A stretch of DNA of 64,000 nucleotides from Octopus bimaculoides (taxonomy: Eukaryota), in assembly GCF_001194135.2 (NCBI RefSeq), contig NC_068991.1:6986780-7050779 (forward strand), in the 5' to 3' direction. This document shows positions 1 to 14,294 of this stretch, in pieces. Positions within the stretch are counted from its first letter, which is position 1. Each line of letters starts with the position of its first letter. A model generated the notes under the pieces. It was not told the DNA's origin, ran no database searches, and was given only the letters and a program-made list of their open reading frames with translations. The position numbers and the translations under genes were made by a program.

Positions 1-7
1 TCTAAGG

Positions 8-277
8 CAGAGGTTCTCAAACTTTTAGGGCCACCGCAACCCCTCAGTGCCCCCACCCCTATTTTCATGTATAAATAAATATTATATAATTTGTATACAA
101 TATTATAATAATAATATAATAAATTCATGGCGTCCCCCAATCCACTGCCTTTCTCCCATAGCTCCTTTTACTCTACTGCCCCCACCCCTTCAGGCACAAG
201 CGCCCATCTGGACTGTCTCAAAGCCCATGGGGTGGGGGTGGGGGTGCAGAGAGTAGCACCCACTTTGAGAACCTATG
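8..277. mobile_element. hAT-type MITE
   Basis: TIRs CAGAGGTTCTCAAACT and ACTTTGAGAACCTATG (14/16). Right flank TTCTAAGG (278-285) matches TCTAAGG at 1-7, consistent with an 8-bp TSD. Confidence 0.8.
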
Positions 278-684
278 TTCTAAGGGATAAATTTTCTGCA
301 AAACATGATGCAAAGAATGTGTCAAGAGAATCCAGATCAACAGTTAAAAGGGAAAAAAATTTCAGGAAAAAAAAAATGAAACTTGTTAATAATTGCATTA
401 CAATTGCAACTTTTGGCTACTAAAAGTTAATTTTCAATGATTGAATTTCATGTACTCCAAATACAGATTAAAAAAAAGATATAGATCAATGTTTTCCAGA
501 TAATACTGCAAGACTGGTTTCAATTGTAGCTGTGTAAACCCAACGTCAAGGCCAGTTTGGTTTTAAATGATATTTGGGAGACAGTGCAGTAAAAAAAATA
601 AGATTATTAATCCAAATTATCTAGCTTCAAATGTGAAAACAAAACAAAAACATTAAAAAAAAACCCATTATATAAATTTTACAG

Positions 685-965
685 CATCATCATTTAACGT
701 CCGCTTTCCATGCTAGCATGGGTTGGACGATTTGACTGAGGACTGGCGAACCAGATGGCTTCACCAGGCTCCAATCTAATTTGGCAGAGTTTCTACAGCT
801 GGATGCCCTTCCTAATGCCAACCACTCCAAGAGTGTAGTGGGTGCTTTTACGTGCCACCGGCACGAAGGCCAGCCAGGCGGTACTGGCAACGGCCACACT
901 CAAAATGTTGTATTTTACAAGCCACCTGCACAGGAGCCAGTCCAGCAGCACTGGCAACGATCGCA
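685..965 (-). mobile_element. SINE-like family A copy (GGAAGGGCATCCAGC core, (ATG)n tail)
   Basis: CATCATCATTTAACGTCC tail and CTGGATGCCCTTCCTAATGCCAACC core, repeated many times in the window. The (ATG)n tail is typical of RTE-mobilised elements. Confidence 0.8.
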
Positions 966-3955
966 ATTAAGAAATAATAGTAAATTAGTGTGGCTAAAGA
1001 TATAACTAAGAACTTACTGTAGGAATCCAGGAAAGAAAGGCTGCTAACAATCATCTGCTTCTTCCTCACACTAAAATTGAATTTGAGAAATAAATATGAT
1101 GGGGCTGTAGTAAGAATATAACAGCAGAATTTACTTTGAAAAGAAATTTTACATATGCTTCTTGATACTGATTTTTAACAATGGCTCAAAGCCACAAATT
1201 TAGTGTTGCACAGGGCAGGTAGCATATTAAATAATAATCTCAACACTAGATTCATATTTTACTGACACAAGAAAGGATGAAAGACAAAAGTGGCCTAAAC
1301 ACATGTTCAAAAGAGAGTCAGCAGACAATTTGTTGACAGGACAAATAGCAATATTATTACCACTAGCAGCTTGACAAGACAGAGGTGATATACAAGGAAA
1401 CTAATGATGAATGCAGAAGGTTTTAAAAAAAAATTTTTTAAAAAAACATCAACAAAAACAAAAACTTCTTGAAACTGCTGCCTTTATTTACAATAAGTGA
1501 AATATTCAGAGTGTAAATTCATTTGTTTTATCAGTACAGAAAACAAGGATACCAGCAAACAAAAGAGACATCAGTAGTAGTAGTAGATAATAAACCTGGT
1601 TCACAAATATTCCGTCTCCTCTAACTTTTTGATCATTACTCTAATAGTCTCTGTTTGTTGGAGGTGACTGGTCTTGTACCCCCACCATCCTAGCCCCCTC
1701 GACTCACTCATTTTTTTTCCACCACTCTTCACCTTCCCTGGCCCCACACTCTCTACAATGCCTTCTCCTTTCACCCCAGAGCATCAGCCCCTGAGAATGT
1801 CTTTCCTTTAGTTGTTAACACACATCAGTTTAAAATGGAATATCAATAGTATCACTGGCCTCAGAGATCCTGCAAAGATCATAAGCCCTGCTCCTTCCCT
1901 CAGACTCCACAAGTGGGAAAAGAAAAAAAAAAAAAGAACCTCTAAGATATATCTAAATCAAAGAGAAGACAGATGACCAATGGTCACAATGGATATTGCC
2001 AGCTTGGGAAGAAGGGATTGTGATGCCAAGTCAAGTCACAAAATTGGAAAATTTAATTTATTCTAAAACAGCAGACAGCTGAAAAACTATATTGCAAACA
2101 ATTATTTTTGTCTCTACCAGCCACAAAACCTGTGATAACTCTTCTGTGAGTGAGTGCGTTCGTTTATTACTGAAAATGCACGGCCTGCTTTAATTTTCTA
2201 AATAATCATGAATTAATTTGTCCAAAGCATTTTTGCAGGTTTCTTCCAAACATTCAGACTTTAGTCAGGCTTGGTTTCATACATTCTGAGTAATAGAAAA
2301 TTACCGTTACAACTCTGGTGGTTGAAGAAAACATTGGGAATGTGCATGCCAAGCAAGTATGCCCCCTGTATCATATGTGACACACATGACAGGCAAAGGG
2401 TTAATAAAAGACAAAATGTTTGACTAATAAAATCTAGAGGTTTCAGTGAATATTTAAGTTTCAATTTAAACACTAGCAGTTGTGGACATGTTGGGGTTTT
2501 TTTTTAAAGAATTAAACTAAATATCCAATTAAATATATTTTTGGAGTTTCATTTTAGTTCAGACATTCACACATCACAAATTTTTCCAAATCAACTAAAA
2601 AAAATCACTTTAATTAAAAACAAAATACTTACATATACAGTATTTTCCAGCAGGAAGCTTCTTGAGTTTAGAGACCTTAATAGGAGGGTCAAAACTTATG
2701 ATTACTTTTTGAAGTTGCAATATCAATAAATGAATTGTTAATATTGTTAATTAATCTCATATACATCAACCCAATCCAAGTACATTTGAGAAGTAATTCT
2801 TTTTATTTATATATGTCTGTGTGTGTGCATGTGCATGTGTGTTTTCATGTACTGGGAGTAGGTTATATTCTGAAATAACAGTATCAAGCAAAAACTATGA
2901 CATTAAAAGCCAGCTTATTTAATCACAAAAATATAAACATAATAACAAAAAAAAAGCAGAATTATTGAAAGCAACAAGTTTTTGCATTATAACAGGGAGA
3001 TGAAATCTAAAAATATGTTTACAAAATTAGATTTAATAACAATTAACTTTGCAATACAAACAACAACTAAAGACTATCAAAAGATATTTATATTTAGGCT
3101 TAGAAAGGATTATATATACACACATATATATATAAATGTATATACACATTCCTATTAAAAGGTCTCAGCAAAACAATAATGAAGAATATAACAAATATAC
3201 TGCTCAAGTCAAATATTACCTCTTTAGCATTAATATAAAAAATAAATCAATAAATAAACCACACCCACAGGAGTCAACTTTAAATCTCATCTCTTCAGGG
3301 TCGATAAAATTAATAATAATATGTTGGACTGGTTTGTTGACTACACTCCCTTCTCTAGAAAAATTGGCCCTGTGCCAAATTAAATATTAAAAATCACCCT
3401 TTTGTTAAATAAATAAATCAGACAAAATTATTAAATAAAAAAAAAAAATGGGAGTGGAAATCAGAATACAACAGTTAATATCCCACAAACTACTGTATAG
3501 GTCCCCAAAAATGTTATTAAAAATAGAATGCCCATGTTTCTAAATGTAAAAATAGCAAGTGGTTATAGAAATAAATAAAACACAAAAAAGATAGAGAAAT
3601 AAATGGTTATAAAGCAGACTGATAGAAAAGCAGTTCATATATGACAAGGCTGACTGACTTATGACTTATAACATGCATAGCTGATAAGTAATATAAGCCA
3701 AGAGCTATCAATATATTCAAGATTCAGATCATGCAACACTTGAAAGCCAAATTAATATTGAGAAAGGTGGAGTGAGAAAGACATCTACATCAAAACTTCA
3801 TGCTGCTGGAATAAATGCCTTTTAAACCAGATTGAAGAACAATACAAAAAGCAGAACTATCAGAAGGTTTTAGAATCTTCGAGGAAAGTTGGACACAAAC
3901 CATTAAATTCAGGGGGCTTGTGGTGTCTCAGGCTCGCCGACGTGAGCACCGTGGA

Positions 3956-3977
3956 CTAGAGCATAAGCAATTCACTC
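3956..3977 (-). CDS. YY1: Candidate terminal YY1 coding exon (xSELLML*), followed by an AT-rich 3'UTR-like sequence
   Basis: Strong acceptor cctgtttttctctgtag|G. In phase 2 it reads G AGT GAA TTG CTT ATG CTC TAG. No homology support; other acceptors and the 6052-6917 gap are alternatives. Confidence 0.35.
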
Positions 3978-6051
3978 CTACAGAGAAAAACAGGCCTGGT
4001 GTAAACATGATTTCACATTATATCATTTCTTTGAAAGAGAGTTAGAGAAAACTCTGTAGCTGAGAATTTAAAATGTACATGTGTGTGTGTGTGTGTGTGT
4101 ATACATGTGCACACATATTAAATACAATTGTACATAAGATATATAAAAACTAAAGCTATTGCAAGAAAACAACAATGCCAATATATAAAATAATGAAATA
4201 TAAATAATACACAAATAATATAAAGAGTATATATAAATATATATAGGACAATATCTGCATATCACCGAGAGGACAATCAGAAAAGAACTCTGAGCAAAAC
4301 CTTTAAAATGCAAACAATATAAAATGTGCAGTCTCACTAAGTCCTTAAACGCAGCCCAGAACTAATTAATCGAATATATGGATCCGATACGTTCTTAAAA
4401 TTCAAAAAAATTGTTATATATATATATATATATAAACCAATAGTCCTATAAACTGGACTCCACCCACAACAAACCCGTTCTTTTCATTCAAATTTACTGC
4501 ATTCACCTGATACTATCGCATACTAAGATAACAGACCCAATAAAGTTTTACATCCATAACACTTTACAACCACCGAGCTTTGCCTGGTTTCTTCTACAAG
4601 TATCATCAATCTCTGCTCTATAAGCCATCTCTTTCTTCATCCCCTAATCTTGTACTTATCATTTACTCAAATCATTCTGTAATTCCGTCTGTTTGCATTT
4701 TCCCAACAATCTGTAACACTTGAACTGCCTCATCTAACTTCAACCAGTTATCTCCACCACACAACTGTAAGATAATGCTACTGCTCTTCCTAAGACTAAG
4801 TAATTACAAAGTCGGTACGTATTGAATTCAGCAGTGACTGCACTATCCCCATTAAATATTTTGTCACAACAGCAAGGTAAAAACAAACCTGTTTAAATCC
4901 ATATTCAGTTTCTACTGATAGGCAGAGTTTGGTCACTAAGATATCAGTAATAAACACTAATTAATCAGTTATTTCAACCAGTTTAAACATACAATACAGA
5001 GCTGATATTACAAGAAACACGAGCAGCATTTTATTTTCTTTTGCATTTTGAGTCAGAGAGGTTTCCATTATTGACATCTACAAGAAATACAATTGTATTT
5101 CTACAACTGCATACTCATCTTCAAGCTAATAATCCAGTATTGAAGAAGTGATGATAGTACTGACCGCCAGTGAAGTTAGTTGACTGAAGCAAAGCAATAA
5201 ATCTAGTGGAATGTCAAGTTTTAAACCTATAATATGAGTTATGTCCAGTACTCTAAACATTTATTAATCACAGCACACATATAAAACATAAATATTACAA
5301 GTCATTAAGTGATTGGGTAACGCTTTGATTAAAAATCAGAAAATGAAAGGCAATATCATATACTGATATGTTTGTTTTTAATCGTTTATAGTAATTAAAT
5401 TAACAACTTATTCTTAATGACTGCAAAGCCTAAACCTCAAATTAACTACATAACTCTAATCAGTTATTTAAAGCGTTCATTATCCATTATTTTCTTCTCT
5501 ATGTAGATTAGTTAAAACTTGTAATTTTTTTAATGAATATTTTATATGTGGACACTAATTATAAACTTCTTAACTTATAAACATGAATGGTACCTGTTTG
5601 ATGAGGGTTAGAACTAAACCAATGCTACATTCATCAAGAACCAGACAATTATATGCATACAATCTCATTTCAATACTTTATTAAAAAAAGTAATCAATGT
5701 TTGAATTATTAATATTAACAATTTTCCTCTTTAATAAACTAACGACACCCAATATATTACCTAATCAAAATTTAGCAATGTTAAGACTTTAACTCGCTAA
5801 TGAAATGAACTAAAAAAAAAAAAATCTTGATCTCATACTTCAAGATGGAATAAAAAATACTTTCCAAACACAAAACAGGACCAATTTGTATAATACAAAC
5901 ATTCTAAACACACAATTTGGAAGGTTTTTTTTTTTTTTTTTCATTTGTAGTTTGTGTGTGTATGTAAGTGTGGAATAAAATTATTATATACCTGATGGCC
6001 TCATCACAGAAATAATAGGCTAAAAAGTTTAAAAGGAACACAAGATCCACC

Positions 6052-6917
6052 NNNNNNNNNNNNNNNNNNNNNNNNNNNNNNNNNNNNNNNNNNNNNNNNN
6101 NNNNNNNNNNNNNNNNNNNNNNNNNNNNNNNNNNNNNNNNNNNNNNNNNNNNNNNNNNNNNNNNNNNNNNNNNNNNNNNNNNNNNNNNNNNNNNNNNNNN
6201 NNNNNNNNNNNNNNNNNNNNNNNNNNNNNNNNNNNNNNNNNNNNNNNNNNNNNNNNNNNNNNNNNNNNNNNNNNNNNNNNNNNNNNNNNNNNNNNNNNNN
6301 NNNNNNNNNNNNNNNNNNNNNNNNNNNNNNNNNNNNNNNNNNNNNNNNNNNNNNNNNNNNNNNNNNNNNNNNNNNNNNNNNNNNNNNNNNNNNNNNNNNN
6401 NNNNNNNNNNNNNNNNNNNNNNNNNNNNNNNNNNNNNNNNNNNNNNNNNNNNNNNNNNNNNNNNNNNNNNNNNNNNNNNNNNNNNNNNNNNNNNNNNNNN
6501 NNNNNNNNNNNNNNNNNNNNNNNNNNNNNNNNNNNNNNNNNNNNNNNNNNNNNNNNNNNNNNNNNNNNNNNNNNNNNNNNNNNNNNNNNNNNNNNNNNNN
6601 NNNNNNNNNNNNNNNNNNNNNNNNNNNNNNNNNNNNNNNNNNNNNNNNNNNNNNNNNNNNNNNNNNNNNNNNNNNNNNNNNNNNNNNNNNNNNNNNNNNN
6701 NNNNNNNNNNNNNNNNNNNNNNNNNNNNNNNNNNNNNNNNNNNNNNNNNNNNNNNNNNNNNNNNNNNNNNNNNNNNNNNNNNNNNNNNNNNNNNNNNNNN
6801 NNNNNNNNNNNNNNNNNNNNNNNNNNNNNNNNNNNNNNNNNNNNNNNNNNNNNNNNNNNNNNNNNNNNNNNNNNNNNNNNNNNNNNNNNNNNNNNNNNNN
6901 NNNNNNNNNNNNNNNNN
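6052..6917. other. Assembly gap (other gaps: 10761-10789, 23266-23452, 40461-41086, 59958-60142, 60508-60832)
   Basis: Runs of N, mostly flanked by microsatellites or homopolymers. Confidence 1.
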
Positions 6918-7142
6918 ATAAATAGGTAAAAACAATGAATTATTAACTAAATAATAAAACAAGAATTAAAATGAAAAACCAATTCCAATTTTAGAAGTTA
7001 GGAACTGAAAAAAATTACTGACAAAAGCATTTTACATTTTCTTTATAAAATCTTTAATGAAAAATGAAGGCAGGTTTGATTTTCAACAGCTTAAAAACCT
7101 AACATGTATTCCAAGATTAACTTATAAACATTTAAGAATATA

Positions 7143-7385
7143 CATCATCATCATCGTTTAAACATCCTCTTTCCATGCTGGCATGGGTTGGACGGTTTGA
7201 CTGAGGGCTGGCGAACCAGAAGGCTGCACCAGGCTTCAATCCGATCTGGCAATGTTTCTACAGTTTGATGCCCTTCCTAACGCCAGGAGTGTAGTGGGTG
7301 CTTTTCACATGCCACCAGCACGGGTAGCCAGTCAGGCGGCACTGGCAACGACCCATGTATGCATGCCACCAGCACAGGAAGCCAA
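7143..7385 (-). mobile_element. SINE-like family A copy
   Basis: Same tail and core as the 685 copy. Confidence 0.8.
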
Positions 7386-7409
7386 AATAAATATCCTTTT
7401 CTGCAGATA

Positions 7410-7610
7410 CTGGTGCCATGCAACTGGTACTTGTGCCGGTGGCATGTAAAAGCACCCATTACACTCTCAGAGTGGTTGGTGTTAGGAAGGGCATCCAGCC
7501 ATAGAAACCATACCAAATCAGACTGGAGTCTGGTGAAGCCCCTCAGCCTACCAGCCCTGGTCAAACCATCCAACCCATGCCAGCATTGACAACCGACACT
7601 AAATGATGAT
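7410..7610 (+). mobile_element. SINE-like family A copy, inverted relative to 7143-7385
   Basis: GTTAGGAAGGGCATCCAGCC core through AACCCATGCCAGCAT to AAATGATGAT tail. Confidence 0.8.
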
Positions 7611-9702
7611 TCTCATAATGTAATTGCCAATTGTTATAGTTTCCAAAACCTACAGAAAAATAAATGGTGGATGAGAAGAAATTGAACCTTTTGCATTCAA
7701 ATAAAATGAACACTAGACAAGGAAAGGCGAGTGCATCAACATCAGCTTCTAATTAGGATGACAGATCAAATACAAGTGACTGTACAGACTGGTATTCAAG
7801 GAATGGTATTATTCCTATAAACAAATTGCTGAATTAGACACAAGTTTGAATTGAATATGAATTTACAACTTGATCAAACTGAATATTTTCAATGTTTGTT
7901 AAGTAAAATGGGATTTCTTCAGATCAAAGCTTGAACCATTTTTATAATAATTTTAAATTGTAAATTTTAGGATCAGTTGAAATGCATGTGACCTAACAAA
8001 AAAAAAAGGGAGGGCACAGATTTTGTTAATGTATTCATGTTGATAGAGAGCGAGAAATTCTGAATGCAGGCAAGATTGGATTTGAGATAGATCACAAGCA
8101 AAGAAGGTATTGGAATTTGATTGAAAAAAAAGTAGCAATTGGGAAAAGAATTTTATAAAATATAGATAATAATGCATTGAAAACTAGTATGAAAATGAGA
8201 TTTCATTAATAATTAGCAATTATAGTAAATTCTCTCCAAATTATTCATAACAGATGAATTGAAACTGTTACCAGATAATGTGAATTAAAGAAGCTATTTT
8301 ACACCCAAATTGAGTATGAAACTTGAATCTGACCACTCCAAAATGTCTAAGTTAAAAAGATTTTCACCCCAGCAAAAAGAAATTGCTAACAATTAATTTG
8401 GTCAGAAATGCGTGACACTTCAAGCATGAGAGTGAAGATGACTTGGCTGTACAGAATGGATATAGATACTAAATGTTATGTTAACCTAACAGGGCTTTGT
8501 GCACTATACTGTTCACAAAATTCAGAGAATATTTGGCAGAAGAGTTTCAGGTTAAGGCCATTGCAAGCAATTTGCAAATCAACCAGAGAGGTGTCTTGAG
8601 GCAATGTGCCGTGCAAAGGATTAAAAATTCAGCACATACGATTATTAAGTTTAATGCAAGTACATGCTATTTGCCAAAAATAGGTGATTCTGAGAAACAA
8701 TTTGTAGCCTCAAAAGAAGACAAAATGCGAGAATGATTGTTAACTCGTGTAGCTAGCATGTTGATGAGTAATTAATTTGATAAAGTTTATTTCAGGTTTA
8801 AATTTCTTTTGGAGTTACCAAAATATTTCATTTGGAGATTAAAAACATTAAATACTTAAATTTAACTAATGTTAATAATTCTTGAACTGTACAAAGATAG
8901 GGGCATTATCTAGAACCCTTTTGGGAAGCATATCACCCACTTTTATCTACCTAGCTGAAAAATAAGCATACATCCTTAATGATGACGTGTAAAGCATCTA
9001 AGTATAAAACTCTTGCTCTAAATCTCTATACAAATACTAGAATTTATACACAAGTCTCAACACAGAATTTAATTCAATCCAAGTACATGATTTACAGCAG
9101 ACTTATTTATTAAAAAAAAAGGTTAAGCATTGATACAAGCTATGTAAAACTGAAATTCTATTACTAGATTTAAAAAATTGAATATGCAAAGCCCTAATTA
9201 ATTGCAAAGTAGTATGAGTGAAAACAGAATTATCACTTTTAAATTAAAACTACCTGTGGCATTACTACTTGCTATGATGTTTATTATACCAACATCTGTT
9301 TTACAAAATATGCTAATATATTTATATATAAATAATCACTTTTGGATCTACTTTTTCTTTGCTGGTCTATATACATTTAAAACATTACACATTATCTTAT
9401 TTGATACGAAGTGTTTTATAATCTAAGATATACATATATTTCACTGTAAGTTTTTTTCTTTGCATCAGAAATAAATAATATAAAAAGAACAAAGTTTACT
9501 CAGCTGAAACTTATAAAAATAATATCTTTAGGAAAATATCATCCTGTACACATGTCCAAAAAAAAAAAAACATTAGAAGGAAGAGAACATTACCAAATGA
9601 CAAAAACAAATAGAAAATTAAATGAAACACAACACAGTTATAACAATGAAGTGTAATTATTTAAAAAGAATGTGATGATGCTTAAAACACAAGAAAACTT
9701 AC

Positions 9703-9765
9703 CCATCATCATAACTACATATGCCAATTCCCTGCATTAGATTCAGTTCATCTGCACATCTCGTT
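9703..9765 (-). CDS. YY1: Probable YY1 coding exon 6 (C-terminal extension)
   Basis: ttaacatttgcag|A to GG|gtaagt; 63 nt, phase 2 to 2. Open in the frame left by exon 5: (K)TRCADELNLMQGIGICSYDD(G). Confidence 0.7.
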
Positions 9766-9896
9766 CTGCAAATGTTAAAGCATTTCTAAGTAAAAGTAAT
9801 ACATCATTTGACATCAAGCTATCAACAATAATTAAAAGTGAAGATTTGCAGACAAGTTCTGCTGATTGATAAACAAGGTGTTTGTTAAATTCATTA

Positions 9897-10232
<336 letters not shown>

Positions 10233-11232
10233 TCAAACTTTTAGCAAAGATCAAAGGTCACGTTACCAGAGTTTTATATATTAAATAAATTGCCCACATC
10301 TCCCTGCCAGCAAATTAACTTGAGGAATCGCTGTTATACTTTGTTTAATGTCAGTTTTTCTATGGATTGGATAGGACCTTATCTGGGGCAATACTTTTAC
10401 ATCTAAATGCTCATCCTATTTTACAAGTAAAGGAGTCTCATTCCATTACTTTAAAAGTGCAAAGCTACAGGATGTAATGTTCATTGGAAATATAAACAAC
10501 ATGACATTGTCTTTTTAAGTTCAAACAGTATCATGCAAGAAGCAGAAATGACAGCTTTCATATATGTGTGTGTGTGTGTGTACACATACACGGTTCAGTA
10601 TCAAAAGGGTTACCAGCTGTTTTCCATTCTAGTATGGCATGATTTTACAACTGATTTTTACAAGATGCACTTCCTGTCACCAACCCTAACTGATCTTTGT
10701 GGTGAGAGATTTATATTCCAGAGGAAATTGATAACCGCAGCTACATCAGTTTTTATATATNNNNNNNNNNNNNNNNNNNNNNNNNNNNNATATATATATA
10801 TATATATATAACAATGCACTGGTCTACAGCAGATAAGAAGAGTATGGTTTTAAAAGTATTTGGTGAGTTATCCATCAGAGCAAAACTGTACCAAGAATAA
10901 TAATTCTATATAATACATTATGTAAATAATTCAATTTTAATAAATACTGTAAATAAATAAATCAAGGCTCACATCCTGTCAGTTTACTACATGCCAGGCT
11001 TTTTTCCCCACCAATCGAAAATAATGCCTTTTTCACACCAAAACATCACTAAGACCAATAGAATTATCTCCCTTGAACCATCTTACCCCCATTACCACTC
11101 ACTACCAATGGCTACCATGAAGGTTTAGATTGAGGATGCACACAAGCGACATTTTTGTTTTAATTTCGTTTTTAGCAAAGGTATGTAGATTTTCAGCTCT
11201 AATCAAGAAATACTAAATGTCTAAGTAATTTA

Positions 11233-11547
<315 letters not shown>

Positions 11548-11945
11548 TTATTTATATATATATATATATATACTAATTTTTTGTAGAATATGTTTGAAAC
11601 GTTTTTGTTTTTTTGCCAGGATATGTCAAATTTATTGAAGCAACATGACTTGCAGAAAATACCAATTCTATTTCTTGGTAGATATTTTAAATCATTACTG
11701 GAATAATCATGAAATTTAATTTTGCTAGAGTTAATCATGCTGTCCAGACGTACTTTGAGACTGCACCAAAGACAATTTTACAAGTCTTTTAGAATGTAAA
11801 TTTAGGAAGAAAACTTATTCTGATTTGGTCGTAGACATTAACATAATGAGAAAGCTCATAATTCATAGAAATAACTTTTAAGATTTTAGAACATGTTGAG
11901 ACAATGGCCGGAGATGTTGACACAATAGTTCAATAATGTTTTGAT

Positions 11946-12125
11946 GCAATCATCATCATCGTTTAACGTTCTGCTTTTCCATGCTTGCATGGGTCAGACA
12001 GAATTGGTTGAAACAGATTTTCTATGGCTGGATGTCTTTCCTGTTTTCTTTCCAAGTAAGGTAATAATTCAACATGACCAGACTTGTTTCCATGAAAGAC
12101 TGGAAATAAAGGACACTGCTTGTAT
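11946..12125 (-). mobile_element. 3' part of SINE family B' (A-type tail)
   Basis: CATCATCATCGTTTAACG tail; similar to the 3' halves of the copies at 41298 and 58206. Confidence 0.65.
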
Positions 12126-12384
12126 GTATTTATCTGTCAGATCTACTTTAAAACTACAGAATAACCCTAGCTCAACAATGCTTAAAGTTCATAAAAAAAG
12201 AAAGCTAGTTATAGTTAATGAGCTGTGTCTGATACTGCTAAAGGATGCAACTTGGATGAAAATATTGCAGTAATCATCTCTTCTCTTCAAATTAGGAATT
12301 TTTTTAATATCAATCAATTGAAGGTTATTGTTATTTACAGAGACAATCTGGGGGGGGGGGACACGAAAAAAGAAAAGTGGTTAC

Positions 12385-12442
12385 CTTGTGAGGGCAGGGC
12401 ACTGTACGGGGAACATCATCAGTAGGCTTTCTTGGTTTTATT
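12385..12442 (-). CDS. YY1: YY1 coding exon 3 (not in the ORF track)
   Basis: Acceptor ttttag|A and donor AAG|gtaacc; 58 nt, phase 2 to 0. Encodes (R)IKPRKPTDDVPRTVPCPHK, comparable to human [20 protein letters not shown]. Confidence 0.95.
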
Positions 12443-13201
12443 CTAAAATTAAGAATAAAGGTTCTTAGAATAAAATAAGTCCCTATTGAAAGCTAACTGG
12501 ATTTCTTTACTAGCAGCATATTTTGTAAATAAAACATATGCAAAAATACACAGAAGAAAGAATATGAAACTTAAAATGGACAAAGCAGAATCAGTATGAA
12601 ATGAAAAAACAGGAATTGGGTTGGAGAAGGGTCACATAAAACTGGGATAAAAAAAAAATCTGTCAAATTCAACGACTTAATAAGCTTTGTTTATATGTAT
12701 GCTAAATATCTGGAATATGTATAATAATTACATCGCAAAGACAGTTACCAATCTTTGGTTCTTTAGTTAGTAGCTAATCCCATAACAATGCAGAATTTTA
12801 AATGTATTTTTTTCATATTTTAGGAATATGTAAAAGACACACGCACACACACACACATAAAGGAGAAAAAAAATTAAGAGAAACATTAGTTATATTATTT
12901 TACATTCTATTATCTTTATAAATTTGGTCAGTGATTAGAGATAGGATTTCAGTCATAACAATCAATATGTTTAATGATGTGTTAATTTTTTTTTTATTAG
13001 TAAACTTACTAGATATATGAAATCTGGAAAAGGAAAACTCTAGTGATTAAAAGGAAAATAAGTCACAGAAATGTTTAAAAATCTAATAGCTAAAACCATG
13101 ACTGGTTACTACTTGACATATTCTTCAGCCACACTAAAAACATCTTTAAAACACCTGTAGGAAAGGAAAGAAATCAAGGGATTTATATTATGTATACTGC
13201 C

Positions 13202-13544
13202 TATATTAGTCAGTGATGTCTTCATTTTCGTTGTTGCTTTCACTACATTTTGGCTGGTGTATGCTCCAGTCTTCTTCAGGTGCCTTTTGTTGAACTCAGT
13301 TGTTGTATCAGAATTTTGAACTTAACCCTTTATTAGATCCATGGGGCTAATTCACAAAAAATGTCACGAAACGCAGAGAGCGAAATGAGAACAGTGTACC
13401 CCCCGTGGGTCAAATAAAGGGTTAGGTTCTAAATTCTGATACAACCAAGTTCAACAGAAGACATCTGAAGAAGGCAGGAATGTACAACAGCTGAAAAGTA
13501 GCAGAAGCAACCATCAAGATGAGGACACCAGTTCAACTAATATA
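13202..13544. repeat. Foldback element with ~145-bp inverted arms, Penelope-like motifs
   Basis: 13202-13346 is a degenerate reverse complement of 13401-13544. Contains CTGAAGAAGGC and CGAAACG, motifs I associate with Penelope-like termini. Confidence 0.8.
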
Positions 13545-14294
13545 AACAGTTTACATACAAGAGAAATCAGCTATAATGGTTTTTACTTAAATAGTTAATA
13601 TTTTGTTCAACAGGATGCAGTTTATTTACACACACATACAGGAGAGAGAAACACTACAGACAGAAACAGAATACTTTCTGCTAAAAACTTGTCTAATAAA
13701 TGAAAAGGCAGCCATAGCAATGGTTGTTAGTGCATTCATAAATTATAACATTGTGCGAGCGAGGAAAGAAAATCACTATGGAGAAATATTTATATATATT
13801 AGATAAAAATTTGACTTATTAAGTCATTTTATATAAAAAATAATCCACAAAATTGGCAGAATCCTGTTAAAAGTGGCAGGGAGAGGTCTGGGGAATGGGG
13901 TAAAATTAATAGCCATGTATTTATTTACACCCGCCGCTTTGTAATTAGAAAATTTTTTAAGGGAGGAAGCAGACCACAAATATAATTGCTAACCTGATAT
14001 CAAATTTACAGTAATTCCTAGTTTCTCATGCCATAAATGGAGAGAGAATACCAAAGACATGCAACTCACAACTAAAATCAAAGACTTAGCACCAATAACA
14101 AAACAGGTAATTTAGATTCATAACTATTTTAATATATAATAAGCAAACCAAATAATAGTCTTTCGACTGCAAGAGCCAAAATAAGAACAAAAATATTAAA
14201 AAAAAAAACACATAAAAATAATAGGCTCAAATATAAGACAAGATTACATAAAAAGTGGACAAAAAGGAACCAGAAGCGTTCAACCTGTGCTTAC

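Noticed and set aside
690-1005. Recurring short ORFs such as MAEFLQLDALPNANH (also at 7.3, 33.4 and 57.0 kb)
   Set aside because: Translations of SINE family A copies, not a protein family.
5904-6962. Long ORFs spanning N runs (also near 23.2, 40.4, 59.9 and 60.5 kb)
   Set aside because: Artefacts of translating assembly gaps.
8380-8720. Alternative terminal-exon acceptors for YY1 (for example ctgtacag|C near 8447)
   Set aside because: Several weak acceptors give unremarkable short peptides and cannot be ranked without transcripts.
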